Assembly: GCA_965204735.1 (NCBI GenBank)
Contig: OZ242008.1
Coordinates: 288,001 to 352,000 of the forward strand
Direction: 5' to 3'
DNA: 64,000 nucleotides
Origin: Longimicrobiales bacterium
Lineage (GTDB): Bacteria > Gemmatimonadota > Gemmatimonadetes > Longimicrobiales > Gaopeijiaceae
Shown: positions 19,976-30,594 of the stretch, piece by piece
Position numbering within the stretch: position 1 is the first letter of the stretch
Layout of the letters: each line of letters opens with the position of its first letter
Notes under the pieces: model-generated
Told to the model about the DNA's origin: nothing
Seen by the model: the letters and a program-made list of their open reading frames with translations, nothing else
The model's database searches: none
Made by a program: the position numbers and the translations under genes

Positions 19976-22162
19976 ATGAGCTTCCTCGCCCCGCTCTTTC
20001 TGATCGCCTTGGCGAGCTTGGCGCTCCCCGTCCTGTTCCACTTGACGCGCCAGGAGCGGGGCAAGCCGCTGGCCTTTCCGTCGCTCATGTTCCTGGAGCG
20101 GATTCCCTTCCGGGAGAAGTCGCGCCTGCGCCTGCGCCACCTGGCGCTTCTGCTGGTGCGGCTGGCGGCGTTGGCGCTGATCGTCTTCGCCTTCGCCCGG
20201 CCCTTCGTGCGCGGCGGTCCGCTGGCGACGGTGGGCGGCCCGGGTCCCGAAGAGGTGGTCGTGCTCCTGGACCGTTCCTACTCCATGGGATTGGCCGACC
20301 ACTGGGACCAGGGCGTGTCCATGGCCAGATCGGTCGTGGAAGCGCTGGGACCGGCGGACCGGGTGTCGCTGGTCGCCTTCGCCGAGGCGCCCGTCCTGCT
20401 GCACCGCTCCGCCACCGACCCCCGGCGCGTCGTCGAGTCGCTGGACACCCTGGCGACGACGTCGCTGACCACCCGGATCGCTCCGGCGGTGAAGCTGGCC
20501 GCTTCGGTGCTGGAGGCTTCGGGCCTCCCCAGGCGGCGGGTGGTGGTCGTCAGCGATTTTCAGCGCGCGGGATGGCGACCCGACCGGGACGCCGTCCTCC
20601 CCGAAGGGACGAAGGTGGAAGCCCTGGTGGTCGGCGACGAGGTCGCGGGAGGCGTCAACTTGGCGCTGGCGGGACTGGAGCTGCGCCGGGAGAGCGCCGG
20701 AGGCCGGGAACGGGTTTCGGCGAAGGCGCGAGTGGTGGCGGCAGACGTCGGCGGAGGCGGCGCGCAGAACCCGAACGGCCCTGCGGAGGAGGTCTCCGTG
20801 GAGGTCGCCCTGCTCGTGGACGACACGGAAGTCGGCCGCGCGAGGGTCTCCGTGCCCGTGGGCGGGGCCGCGCCGGTCGCCTTCGCTCCCTTCACCCTGA
20901 CCAACCCCTTCACCCGGGGCGAACTCCGGCTCCCGGACGACCCGTTGCGGGCGGACAACGTGCTGCACTTCGTCGCGTCGCCCGGCGGCGACCTCGACGT
21001 GCTGATCGTGGACCCGCTGGGCAGCGGCGAGTCCAACCTGCACCTCCGCGGCGCCCTGGGAGTTGCCGACGGGACCGGTTTCGCAACCCGCGTCGCGCGG
21101 GGAGCGTCCGCCGCCGCTCTGGCGGAGAGCGACGTGGCGATCCTGAACGGGGCTCCCTTCCCCGGCGGCGACGCCGGAACTCGACTGCGCGAGTTCGTCG
21201 AGGGGGGCGGCGGGCTCCTGGTCGTTCTCGGGGAGCGAAGTCGGGTGCCTTCGGCCCACGCGCCCTTCCTTCCCGCCGTCGTCGGACGCCCGTTCGACAC
21301 GGCCGGCGGACAGCTGCACCTGGGCTTCGTGGACTACGACCACGCCGTCTTCGAGGCGTTCCGAGGAGTGCGTTCCGGCGACTTCTCCCGGGCCGCGTTC
21401 TTCCGCGCCCGCGCTCTCGACGTCGCCGACGGCCGCGTTCTCGCCCGATTCGACGACGGCTCCCCGGCCCTGGTGGAAGCACGTCGGGGCGCGGGAAGGG
21501 TCATGGTGTGGGCCACGGGGCTGGACCGCTTCTGGAGCGACCTGCCGCTGCACCCCGTCTACCTGCCTTTCGTCCACCGCGTCGTCCGTCACCTGGGCGC
21601 CCGCGGCGAGCTTCCTCCCTGGCACCAGGCCGGTTCCACGGTAAACTTGTCCGAGCTTGCGGAGGCGTCGGGCTCCCAGGCGCTCCCCGCAGGGGCGGCG
21701 GCGATGGAACCGGGCGGCGGCTCCGTCCCCTTGGACCCGGCGACGCCCCTGCTCGCGCTGGACGTTCAGGGCATCTGGGAGGTTCGGCCCCCCGGCGAGC
21801 GCCCGGAACACCCCATGGCGTTGGCGGTCAACGTGAACGTGGCCGAGTCCGACCTTTCCCGCGTGGACTTGGAGGAGTTCGTTGGAGCGATCGGCGGAGG
21901 GTTGGGAGCCGGCGTCGAGCCCGGCGCGGGAGCTGCCGTCGGCGAAGCAGCCGAAGGAGCGGGCCACGCGAGCGGCCCGTCCGGCGCCGGATCGACCGGA
22001 GGCCCCTCCTCCGAGATCGAAGAGGAGGAGTTCGAGAAGCGCCAGTCGTTCTGGCGGTATCTCGTGGCGGCCGCATTCTTGCTGATGGTCTCGGAAACGA
22101 TCCTGGCCAACCGGCTGTCCCGCTTTCGCGAGGCGCGGCCGGAACGGAAGGCGCACTCGTGA
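19976..22162 (+). CDS. BatA N-terminal + VWA domain membrane protein
   Basis: MSFLAPLFL..PVLFHL..FPSLMFL..FARP; LDRSYSM MIDAS; VSDFQ; C-terminal TM followed by E..L. Confidence 0.92.
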   Translation: MSFLAPLFLIALASLALPVLFHLTRQERGKPLAFPSLMFLERIPFREKSRLRLRHLALLLVRLAALALIVFAFARPFVRGGPLATVGGPGPEEVVVLLDRSYSMGLADHWDQGVSMARSVVEALGPADRVSLVAFAEAPVLLHRSATDPRRVVESLDTLATTSLTTRIAPAVKLAASVLEASGLPRRRVVVVSDFQRAGWRPDRDAVLPEGTKVEALVVGDEVAGGVNLALAGLELRRESAGGRERVSAKARVVAADVGGGGAQNPNGPAEEVSVEVALLVDDTEVGRARVSVPVGGAAPVAFAPFTLTNPFTRGELRLPDDPLRADNVLHFVASPGGDLDVLIVDPLGSGESNLHLRGALGVADGTGFATRVARGASAAALAESDVAILNGAPFPGGDAGTRLREFVEGGGGLLVVLGERSRVPSAHAPFLPAVVGRPFDTAGGQLHLGFVDYDHAVFEAFRGVRSGDFSRAAFFRARALDVADGRVLARFDDGSPALVEARRGAGRVMVWATGLDRFWSDLPLHPVYLPFVHRVVRHLGARGELPPWHQAGSTVNLSELAEASGSQALPAGAAAMEPGGGSVPLDPATPLLALDVQGIWEVRPPGERPEHPMALAVNVNVAESDLSRVDLEEFVGAIGGGLGAGVEPGAGAAVGEAAEGAGHASGPSGAGSTGGPSSEIEEEEFEKRQSFWRYLVAAAFLLMVSETILANRLSRFREARPERKAHS

Positions 22163-22223
22163 CGAGTCGTCGTCCGCCGGAGGTCGAACCAATTCTCCCA
22201 ACCGCGTCGTAGGTTTCACGACC

Positions 22224-25200
22224 ATGAAGGAACTTCGCTCTACCGCCACCGGTCGCCAGCTGCGGGCCTCTGCCGAGATCCGTCGCGTGGTCGGACGGGT
22301 GCGCCGCCGGTGGCGCGTCAAGCTTCTGCTGCGGGGCCTGGCTCTGACCTTGGGGGGCGTGCTCGCCACCTTCCTCGCTTCCGCTTCCAGCTTGGAGTTC
22401 CTGCGCTTCCAGCCAGAGGCCGTCACGGCGTTCCGGGTCGTCCTGTGGCTGGTGGTGGGGGGCTTCCTGGCCCGTTGGGTCGTCTGGCCATTGCTGCGCC
22501 CGATCTCCGACGAACGGGTGGCCCTCTATCTGGAGGAGCACGAACCGTCGCTCAAGTCGCGGCTGCTGGCGGCGGTCGAGACCGTCCGGCCCGACGCACC
22601 GGCCCGCACCGAGCTGCTGGAGGCGGTCGTCGAGAGGGCCGTGCGCCGGTGCCGCCGGATCAACTACGGCAGGTCGATTGAGAGATCGGCGATCCGCCGC
22701 TCGGCGGCCGTCCTGGGCGGGCTGGCTCTGGCATCGTTCGCCGTCTTCCTTCTCGGCCCGGGCTTCGTCCGCCACGCCTCGACCGCGCTCTTCTTTCCCG
22801 CGCGCGCCGCCGAGGCGGTCAACCCGTACAGCATCTCGGTGACGCCGGGCGACACGACGATCTCCCGCAACTCGGACCTGATGGTCTCCGCCGTGCTCGG
22901 GGGCTTCGACTCCGACGACGTGGCGCTCTTCACCCGCGAGGCGGGCGAGGGCGGCTTCCTGGCGTTGCCGATGATCGCCACGGGCACGGGCGCCTTCGAC
23001 GGGCTGCTCCTCAACGTCGCCGAGGAGACCCGGTACTACGTCGAGTCCAACGGCGTGCGTTCGGCCGCCTTCACCGTGGGCGTCGCCGACCTTCCGGCCG
23101 TGGACCGCCTGCGCATGGAGTACCGCTTCCCCCCCTACACCGGCTTGGCCCCCCGAGTCTTCGAGCACGGCGGCGACGTGGCCGCGCTGGCGGGAACGAC
23201 CGTCGCGCTGACCGTCACGCCCACCGTGTCGGCTCCGGCGGCCCGCTTGGTGCTGGACTCGGGCGACACCATAGCCATGTCGGTCGTGGAGGCGTCGGCC
23301 GGGCAGGGGTCGGTCGGGCAGGCGTCGGCCCGAGAGGGGGCGCCCGGCCCCTCGCCCGAGGACTCTCCGGCCGCCGACGCCCCGGTCGCCGAGGCTTCCT
23401 TCCAGGGCTCGTTCCGAGTCGGCCGCCAGGGCTTCTACGGCATCGAGTTCCAGACCAGCGACGGCGCTTGGGTGGCCGGCGCGCCCGACTACCGAATCGA
23501 CGTGCTGACGGACCAGGGACCGTCGATCTCGTTCAGCAAGCCGGGACGCGACACCGAAGTCAGCTCCATCGAAGAGGTGTTCATCGAAGCGCGCGCCGAC
23601 GACGACATCGGCGTCGCCGAGGTCTTCTGGATCGCGTCGGTCAACGGAGGACCGCCGGACACCGTGCGAATCCATGGCTCGACGGGCGCGCCGATGCCGG
23701 AAGTGACGGCGAGCCACGTCGTCTTCATGGAGGAGCTGGAGCTGGAGACGGGCGACCTGGTCGCGTACCACGGCGTCGCCCGGGACAACGCGCCGGTACC
23801 CAACGAAGCATTGACGGACATCTACTTCCTGCAGGTGCGGCCCTTCCGTCGGGAGTTCAGGCAGGCTCCGGCGGGCGCGGGCGGCGGCGCTGGGGGCGGT
23901 GGCATGGCGGAGGACCTCTCCGGGCTTCAACGCCAGATCATCGCCGCCAGCTTCAACGTCGTGCGGGACCGGGAGAGCTACGCGCCGGAAACGTGGGAAG
24001 AGAACGTGGTCAGCATCGCCCTCAGCCAGCAGAGGCTGCGGGAACAGGTCGAGACGCTGGCCCAGCGGATCGTCAACCGGGGAATCGCAGGGGCCGACCA
24101 GTCGTTCCAGCGGATCGCAGAGACGTTGCCGCGGGCGGTGGAAGCGATGCGCGAGGCCGAAGATTCTCTGCGCGCCCTCGCCCCCGACGGCGCGATTGGG
24201 CCGGAGCAGCGGGCCTTGCGGGAGCTGCAGAAGGCCGAGGAGACCTACGAGCGCTTCGTTTCGATGGATCGGCAGGGGGGTGGCGGCGGCGGAAGCGGCG
24301 GCGCTCCCAGCGCCGAGGACTTGGCGGACCTCTTCGAGCTGGAGACGGACCAGTTGCGCAACCAGTACGAGACCGTCCAACGAAGTCGGCAGGAAAGCGC
24401 CGACCAAGCTGTGGACGAGTCGCTGGAGAGGCTCCGGGAGCTGGCGCGTCGTCAGGAACAGGAGTTGGAGCGGCAACGGCGGAGGGCGGCTGCCCAGCAG
24501 GGTGCCACGACCGGTGGCGGCGGGGGCGAAGCGGCCCGGGAGCTGGCCGAGGAAGCCGAAGAGTCGGCCCGACGGTTGGAACGCCTCTCGCGGGAGACAG
24601 GCGACCGGAGCTTGGAGGAGGTGTCGCGACAGCTTCAGCAAGCTGCGGACGACATGCGCCGAGCCGCCGCCAACCGGGGAAGCGAAGGGGTCGCCGAGGC
24701 CCAGTCGGCCCTGCGCCGGTTGCGGGACGCCCGGGAGCGGCTGGAGGACGCCCGGGACGACCGCCTCGAGCGGGACGTGGACGACGCCCGCGGGCAGGCC
24801 GCCGAGCTGGCGCGCCAGCAGGGCGACGTGGACAACCGGATGGAGGCGATGCGCCGGGTCGGCCGCCCGTCGGCGGATCAGGTCGGCCGCATCAACGACA
24901 TCAAGGAATCCATGGCGGAGCGGGCGGGAGAGGTGCTGGAGAAGCTCGACCGCGCGGCTGCTCAAGCCCGTCGCGACGGCAGGGCGGGCGCCGGCGAGCT
25001 CGAGGAGGCCGCCGAGACGATCCGGGACACGCAGCTGAGGGAGCGGCTGCTCTACTCCCGGGGTCTAGTGGGCCGCCCCGGCCAGGAAGAGTACGCGAGG
25101 GCGTTCGAGAACCAGACTTCCCAGGCGATCCAGTCGCTGCGAAACCGACTGGACGAAGCGGCCGAGGCCGTAGGCGCCCAAGCAGGCGAGGACCCCCGGG

Positions 25201-25700
25201 AAGAGGTCCTCGAGTCGGCGCGCGACTTGATGCGCAGCCTCGAGTCGGGCCAGGCCGGCGCCGATCGCGGAGGGGGTGGTCCCCCCGTGGACGGAGGCGC
25301 CCGTGGAGGCGGCGCCCGAGGACCCGTCGGTCCTTTCGACGACGCCGAGGTGCGCCGGATGCGCCGGGAGATGCGCGAGCGCGCCGGCGAGGCTCGGGCG
25401 TTGGCCGAGCTGATGGAGCGGGCCGGCGCAGATCCCTCCGACCTGGAAGCGATGATCGCCGCCATGCGCGCCCTCGACCGCGACCGAACCTACGCCGACC
25501 CGGAAGAGGTGATGCGCTTGCGGAACGAGCTGGTGGACGGGATGAAGCAGCTCGAGTTTCGCTTGCGCCGCGAGTTCGCAGCCGACGACGAGGAGCAGCT
25601 GCTCATGCACCGCTCCGGCGACGTGCCCGAAGAGTACCGCGCGCTGGTGGAGGAGTACTACCGGGCGCTTTCCAGGGGCGTGCCGCGGGAACGCCGGTAG
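22224..25700 (+). CDS. DUF4175-like large membrane/coiled-coil protein
   Basis: Three N-terminal TMs, Ig-like segment (YRFPPYTG, ARADDDIGV), long Q/E-rich coil, VPEEYRALVEEYYRAL terminus. Confidence 0.85.
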   Translation: MKELRSTATGRQLRASAEIRRVVGRVRRRWRVKLLLRGLALTLGGVLATFLASASSLEFLRFQPEAVTAFRVVLWLVVGGFLARWVVWPLLRPISDERVALYLEEHEPSLKSRLLAAVETVRPDAPARTELLEAVVERAVRRCRRINYGRSIERSAIRRSAAVLGGLALASFAVFLLGPGFVRHASTALFFPARAAEAVNPYSISVTPGDTTISRNSDLMVSAVLGGFDSDDVALFTREAGEGGFLALPMIATGTGAFDGLLLNVAEETRYYVESNGVRSAAFTVGVADLPAVDRLRMEYRFPPYTGLAPRVFEHGGDVAALAGTTVALTVTPTVSAPAARLVLDSGDTIAMSVVEASAGQGSVGQASAREGAPGPSPEDSPAADAPVAEASFQGSFRVGRQGFYGIEFQTSDGAWVAGAPDYRIDVLTDQGPSISFSKPGRDTEVSSIEEVFIEARADDDIGVAEVFWIASVNGGPPDTVRIHGSTGAPMPEVTASHVVFMEELELETGDLVAYHGVARDNAPVPNEALTDIYFLQVRPFRREFRQAPAGAGGGAGGGGMAEDLSGLQRQIIAASFNVVRDRESYAPETWEENVVSIALSQQRLREQVETLAQRIVNRGIAGADQSFQRIAETLPRAVEAMREAEDSLRALAPDGAIGPEQRALRELQKAEETYERFVSMDRQGGGGGGSGGAPSAEDLADLFELETDQLRNQYETVQRSRQESADQAVDESLERLRELARRQEQELERQRRRAAAQQGATTGGGGGEAARELAEEAEESARRLERLSRETGDRSLEEVSRQLQQAADDMRRAAANRGSEGVAEAQSALRRLRDARERLEDARDDRLERDVDDARGQAAELARQQGDVDNRMEAMRRVGRPSADQVGRINDIKESMAERAGEVLEKLDRAAAQARRDGRAGAGELEEAAETIRDTQLRERLLYSRGLVGRPGQEEYARAFENQTSQAIQSLRNRLDEAAEAVGAQAGEDPREEVLESARDLMRSLESGQAGADRGGGGPPVDGGARGGGARGPVGPFDDAEVRRMRREMRERAGEARALAELMERAGADPSDLEAMIAAMRALDRDRTYADPEEVMRLRNELVDGMKQLEFRLRREFAADDEEQLLMHRSGDVPEEYRALVEEYYRALSRGVPRERR

Positions 25701-25772
25701 CGAGGAGAACGGCGCTGGCGAAGGAGAAGCAGTCGCCTGGCGCAGCAGAAAAGGCGAACCGCCGCGACGCCG

Positions 25773-26270
25773 CTATCGGCTTGCTTCCAGCTGCTGGGGC
25801 AGCGTCGAGAGATCGACGATCCGGTAGCGTCGCTTGCCCGCCGGGAGCGTCACTTCGACTTCTTCGCCCTTTCGTGCGCCCAGCAGGCCCTGGCCGATGG
25901 GCGACGCCAGCGAGATGTGGCCCGCGTCCAGGTCGATGTAGTCGCCCGCCACGATCGTGTAGCTGAAGGCCTTGTCCAGCGCCAAGTCGCGAACCTTTAC
26001 CGTGGAGCCAAAGCCGACCCGGTCCGCCGGCATGTCGTCCACGTTGATCTTGGCCAGCTCCGAGAGCCGCTGGACCAAGTGCCCGATCCGGAGTTGGACG
26101 AACTGCTGCCGCTCGAGGGCCGACTTGTACTCGGCGTTCTCCCGAAGGTCGCCAAGCTCGACGGCCTTCTCGATTCGGTGGGGCAGCTCGACGTTGAGTT
26201 CGGTCGTCAGCGCCTCGACCTCGGCGCCGATCTTCTCCTTGATCTCTTCCAGCATGGTGGGACGGGCCAT
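25773..26270 (-). CDS. greA: Transcription elongation factor GreA/GreB family
   Basis: GDLRENAEY, VGFGSTV, ISLASPIGQGLLG. Confidence 0.9.
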   Translation of the reverse strand: MARPTMLEEIKEKIGAEVEALTTELNVELPHRIEKAVELGDLRENAEYKSALERQQFVQLRIGHLVQRLSELAKINVDDMPADRVGFGSTVKVRDLALDKAFSYTIVAGDYIDLDAGHISLASPIGQGLLGARKGEEVEVTLPAGKRRYRIVDLSTLPQQLEASR

Positions 26271-26361
26271 GGGCGAAAGGGGCTGGAGGATGGTCCGAGC
26301 CGAAGGGCGGTCCGGCCGACGCAACTCGCCGGCGACGGGCGTCTCGGACCGGCGGCGAAAG

Positions 26362-27630
26362 CTACCGCAGGCAGTCGCTCCCTGGTAGCGCGTCCGGGTC
26401 GGGGCAGCCCCTCCGCGCGCTGGCGGAGGCGGGCGGCCGTCTTCGCGCGTCGCTCCCTGGCAGCGTGCCCGGGTCGGGGCAGCCCGGTTTCTGGATCGTC
26501 GACCATATCTGCCGAGCGCTCCGCATCACCGATTGGAGGCTCGGCCCGGCTACGTTCACGTGACCGAGCTTGCGGCCGGGTCGCGGCGTCTTGCCGTAGA
26601 GATGGATGCGGGCGCCGGGGACGGCTGCCAGCGCCCGGAGGTCCGGCAGCTCCCCGACGATGTTGATCATTGCAGCAGCGCCGTGGGGCCGCCGAGGCGC
26701 CTTCGCGGGCGATGCCGGAGGGGGCGTGAAGGCCGGGTCCGCCAGAGGAAGCCCCGCGACGGCCCGCACATGGTTCTCGAACTGGCTTGCGCCCCCGCCC
26801 AGCGCGCTGGGGCCGTCCATCGTCCAGTGCCCCGAGTTGTGGACCCGAGGCGCCATCTCGTTGGCGAGGAGCGCGCCTCCAACCTCGAAGAGCTCCACGG
26901 CCAGCACGCCCACGTAGCCCAGGCGGTCGACGATCCGCCCCGCCAGCGCCTCGGCCTCGGCTTGGAGCTTCGGCGAGAGCCCCGGCGCCGGCGCGTAGCT
27001 GGCGCGAAGGATCCCGTCTCGGTGGTGGTTCTCGGTCAGGGGATAGAACACTCGACCGCCGTCCCGGCCGGCCGCGCAGATGATGCTCAGCTCCCGCTCG
27101 AAGGCGACGAACCCCTCGACCACCAGCTCCGGCCCCATGCGCCCGACGACGGCCCTGGCCTGCTGCGCCGACTCGACCATGGCTTGGCCCTTGCCGTCGT
27201 AGCCGAAGCGTCGCGTCTTCACCACGGCCGGAAGGTCGGTGGTCGCCAGCGCGGCTTCCACGTCTTCGGGGCCGTTCACCGGGAAAAACGGTGCCGTGGC
27301 GATGCCCTCCTCGCGAAACATTTGTTTCTCGGCCAGGCGGTCCTGCGACGCCTCCAGAGCCGAAGGGGGCGGAAGGACGAGAAGGCGCGACCGGAGGTAG
27401 TCGGCGCTGGCCGCAGGCACGTTCTCGAACTCGTAGGTGACCACGTCGACGGAGTCCGCCAGCCGCGCCAGGGCTTCCGGGTCGTCGTACGGGGCGCGCA
27501 GCACCGTCGCCGCGACTCCCGCGGGCGGGTCGGGCGTCGGCTCCAGGACGGTGAAGCGGCAGCCAAGGGGAATGCCGTCCAGCGCCAGCATCCGAGCGAG
27601 CTGTCCCCCGCCCAGGACGCCCACCCTCAC
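26362..27630 (-). CDS. purK: N5-CAIR synthase
   Basis: [52 protein letters not shown] overlaps the purE TGA. Confidence 0.95.
   Translation of the reverse strand: MRVGVLGGGQLARMLALDGIPLGCRFTVLEPTPDPPAGVAATVLRAPYDDPEALARLADSVDVVTYEFENVPAASADYLRSRLLVLPPPSALEASQDRLAEKQMFREEGIATAPFFPVNGPEDVEAALATTDLPAVVKTRRFGYDGKGQAMVESAQQARAVVGRMGPELVVEGFVAFERELSIICAAGRDGGRVFYPLTENHHRDGILRASYAPAPGLSPKLQAEAEALAGRIVDRLGYVGVLAVELFEVGGALLANEMAPRVHNSGHWTMDGPSALGGGASQFENHVRAVAGLPLADPAFTPPPASPAKAPRRPHGAAAMINIVGELPDLRALAAVPGARIHLYGKTPRPGRKLGHVNVAGPSLQSVMRSARQIWSTIQKPGCPDPGTLPGSDARRRPPASASARRGCPDPDALPGSDCLR
26374..26485. repeat. 37-bp direct repeat (75-bp period) in the purK C-terminal extension
   Basis: GTCGCTCCCTGG(T/C)AGCG..CCGGGTCGGGGCAGCCC at 26374 and 26449, three mismatches. 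Confidence 0.85.
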
Positions 27631-28160
27631 GGGGGCGGTTCTCGCGGGTCCCGGTCGGCCAGCACGGCCGCGGTTCGGGCTTGGGCGTAGGCGCGCACGG
27701 CCTCCAGGACCGCAGGGTCGCCACGTCCCACGATTCGGGCCGCCAGGAGCGCCGCGTTCGCCGCCCCCGCCTTGCCGACGGCCAAGGTCCCCACGGGGAC
27801 GCCCGACGGCATTTGGACGATCGAGAGGAGCGAGTCGATGCCCGACAGCGCCCTGGACCGGATCGGCACGCCCAGTACGGGCAGCACGGTCTTGGCGGCG
27901 GTCATGCCCGGCAGATGGGCCGCTCCGCCCGCGCCCGCGACGATCACCTGAAGGCCCCGTTCCTCGGCCGTCGCCGCGTACTCGAAGAGAAGGTCCGGAG
28001 TCCGGTGCGCCGACACCACCTGCACTTCGTGCGGGACGTGGAGGGCGACGAGCACGTCCACGGCGTGCCGCATCGTCTCCCAGTCGCTTCGGGAACCCAT
28101 GATGACGCCGACGAGAGGTCGGTTCGTCCCGCTTCGACTCCGTACGCCGCTGTGCTTCAT
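27627..28160 (-). CDS. purE: N5-CAIR mutase
   Basis: [48 protein letters not shown]. Confidence 0.97.
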   Translation of the reverse strand: MKHSGVRSRSGTNRPLVGVIMGSRSDWETMRHAVDVLVALHVPHEVQVVSAHRTPDLLFEYAATAEERGLQVIVAGAGGAAHLPGMTAAKTVLPVLGVPIRSRALSGIDSLLSIVQMPSGVPVGTLAVGKAGAANAALLAARIVGRGDPAVLEAVRAYAQARTAAVLADRDPREPPP

Positions 28161-28180
28161 CGACCTCCTTCCGCACACTC

Positions 28181-28226
28181 GGAAGCTGGGGAGAATGGAA
28201 GCTGGGAGAAAACGGAAGCTGGGAAG
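28181..28226. repeat. Three short direct repeats GGAAGCTGGG upstream of purE
   Basis: ggaagctggggagaat-ggaagctgggagaaaac-ggaagctgggaaga. Confidence 0.7.
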
Positions 28227-28295
28227 ATTCGAGAGTGGGGGCAGAAGATACTTCATGTCGCCGAGTCGGCGAACGCAAGGCCTTGCGGGATCAGC

Positions 28296-28498
28296 GCTCG
28301 TTCCTGGGCCCCAAGGGCGCCCACGCAACCACTGCGCCGCCGCCCGGCCCGCTCCTGGCCCAAGGGCGCCCGCAACCATTGCGCCGCCCCGCCCGGCCCG
28401 CTCCTGGCCCCAAGGGCGCCCGCAACCATTGCGCCGCCCCGCCCGGCCCGCTCCTGGCCCAAGGGCGCCCGCGACCATTGCGCCGCCCACCCCGCCCG
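28296..28498. repeat. Intergenic tandem repeat, four copies of about 49-53 bp
   Basis: Unit GCCCGCTCCTGGCCCAAGGGCGCCCGCAACCATTGCGCCGCCCCGCCCG, head-to-tail with no spacers. Confidence 0.95.
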
Positions 28499-28661
28499 CC
28501 CTAGCCTAGCGTAGCGTAGTGGACCCGAAGATCCGCTTCCCCCTCCGTGCGGACGCGATGGAGCTTCCTTCCAAACGTCGATATCTGTCCGCCCGACTCC
28601 GGCGGCTTGCGATGCGGGCGCGGCTGCGGTTCGCACAGCGGCCGGCGCCGACGGCGCGACG

Positions 28662-30581
28662 TTGACTCGAGCTTCGGGCGTCGCCGGCCAAGTCGCCCGG
28701 ATCATTCGGGGGGACTACCCCGAGCTGCGGGAGCGGGTGCGCGCGGCGTTGGCAAGACCGGAGGTGAGCATCCCCGACCACCTGCCTCTGGAAGAGCAGC
28801 GGGAGCGCACCCTCGGCGCCGTCGTGGCGCTGGCGGAAGCGGGCTTGGGCCCGACGGCGTTTCCCAAGGAGCACGGCGGCCACGGAGAGACGGGCGCGGG
28901 CGTGGCCGTCTTCGAGGAGCTTGCCCTGGGAGACCTGAGCGTGCTGGTCAAGTACGGCGTGCACTTCGGCCTCTTCGGCGGGAGCATTGCGCAGCTGGGC
29001 ACGGAGAAGCACCACCGCCGGTACCTGGCGCGCGTCGCGTCGGCGGAGCTGCTCGGCTGCTACGCGATGACCGAAACCGGCCACGGTTCCAACGTCCGCG
29101 ACCTCCGCACGACCGCGACCTACGACCCGACGGCCCGCGAGTTCGTCGTCGCAACCCCCGACGACGACGCTCGCAAGGACTACATCGGCAACGCGGCGCT
29201 CCACGGGCGGATCGCAACGGTCTTCGCCCGGCTCCTGATCGACGGGACCGACCACGGCGTTCACGCGTTCCTCGTGCCGCTGCGCACTGCGTCCGGCGAG
29301 CTGGCGGCGGGCGTGTACATAGAGGATTGCGGCCACAAGGAAGGGCTCAACGGCGTCGACAACGGGCGCATCGGATTCGACGGAGTGCGGGTGCCCGCGG
29401 ACGCCCTCTTGGACCGCTTCGCCAAGATCAACGAAGCAGGCGAGTACGAGAGCTCGATCCCCAGCCCCGACCGCCGCTTCTTCACCATGCTGGGGACGCT
29501 TGTCTCGGGGCGCGTCAGCATCGCCGCAGCATCCGTCGCCGTCGCTCGCAAGGCCCTGACGATCGCCGTGCGCTACACCGCCTCGCGGCGCCAGTTCGGT
29601 CCCGCCGAAGGAGAGGAAGTCCCGGTCCTCGACTACTTGAGCGTCCAGCGCGCGCTCCTCCCCCGTCTGGCCCGGTGCTGCGCGACGGGCCTCGCGGTGC
29701 GGGACTTGGTCCGACGCCTGGCGGACCCACGGGCGGACCGGCGGCGCATCGAGGTCCGGGCCGCCGCGCTCAAGGCGACCGCTTCCCGCGACGCCGTGGA
29801 CGCCCTTCAGGCCTGCCGCGAGGCGTGCGGAGGCCAAGGCTACCTTGCCGAGAACCAGTTCGGCCGGCTCAAGGCCGACTCCGACGTCTTCACCACCTTC
29901 GAGGGCGCCAACCCGATCCTCATGCAACTGGTCGCCAAGAGCTTGCTCTCCCGCTACGGAAGAGAGGTCGGCGACCTCTCCATGTGGGGGATGGCCCGCT
30001 ACTTGGCCGAGCTGGCCGGCACGCGCCTTGCGGACATGAACCCGGTCGCCACCCGCCGTACCGACCCGGAGCACCTTGCCGGCCACGAACTCCACTTGGC
30101 CGCCCTGGAGTACCGGGAGACCCGCCTGCTGCGCTCGGCCGCTCGGCGACTGAAGTCTCGGATCGACGACGGCATGGACAGCTTCGACGCGGCCAACGAG
30201 TGCCAGGACCATCTTCTCGCCGTGGCCTCGGCTCACGCCGACCGGGTCCTGCTCTCGGCCATGCTTCGCGGGCTGGAAGCGACGGCGGAGTCGGAGGGCA
30301 GGGAGCTTCTCGTCCGAGTGGCTTCCCTCTTCGGGTTGGCGACCTTGGAAGCTCATCGGGCTTGGTACCTGGAGGCGGGCTACTTCGAGCCGGCGAAGAG
30401 CCAGGCGGTGCGGGCCGAGGTGAACCGGGCCTGTCGGGAGCTGGCGCCGCGCGCCGTCGAGCTTGTGGACGCCTTCGAGATTCCCGACGAACTGATCCGA
30501 GCGCCGATCGGGCTGAAGCGGCCCGCCGGGCGCCCGGTCCGCGCCGTGGTCGGCCCGGCCGGCCCGGGTTCGGCGAGATGA
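28662..30581 (+). CDS. Acyl-CoA oxidase/dehydrogenase family flavoprotein
   Basis: GCYAMTETGHGSNV, KDYIGNAA, GLNGVDNG, CREACGGQGY, TTFEGAN. Start approximate. Confidence 0.92.
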   Translation: MTRASGVAGQVARIIRGDYPELRERVRAALARPEVSIPDHLPLEEQRERTLGAVVALAEAGLGPTAFPKEHGGHGETGAGVAVFEELALGDLSVLVKYGVHFGLFGGSIAQLGTEKHHRRYLARVASAELLGCYAMTETGHGSNVRDLRTTATYDPTAREFVVATPDDDARKDYIGNAALHGRIATVFARLLIDGTDHGVHAFLVPLRTASGELAAGVYIEDCGHKEGLNGVDNGRIGFDGVRVPADALLDRFAKINEAGEYESSIPSPDRRFFTMLGTLVSGRVSIAAASVAVARKALTIAVRYTASRRQFGPAEGEEVPVLDYLSVQRALLPRLARCCATGLAVRDLVRRLADPRADRRRIEVRAAALKATASRDAVDALQACREACGGQGYLAENQFGRLKADSDVFTTFEGANPILMQLVAKSLLSRYGREVGDLSMWGMARYLAELAGTRLADMNPVATRRTDPEHLAGHELHLAALEYRETRLLRSAARRLKSRIDDGMDSFDAANECQDHLLAVASAHADRVLLSAMLRGLEATAESEGRELLVRVASLFGLATLEAHRAWYLEAGYFEPAKSQAVRAEVNRACRELAPRAVELVDAFEIPDELIRAPIGLKRPAGRPVRAVVGPAGPGSAR

Positions 30582-30594
30582 AGGCGGTCGTCCG

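Noticed and set aside
28296..28498. Possible CRISPR array
   Set aside because: The units are contiguous with no unique spacers, and there are no cas genes nearby.
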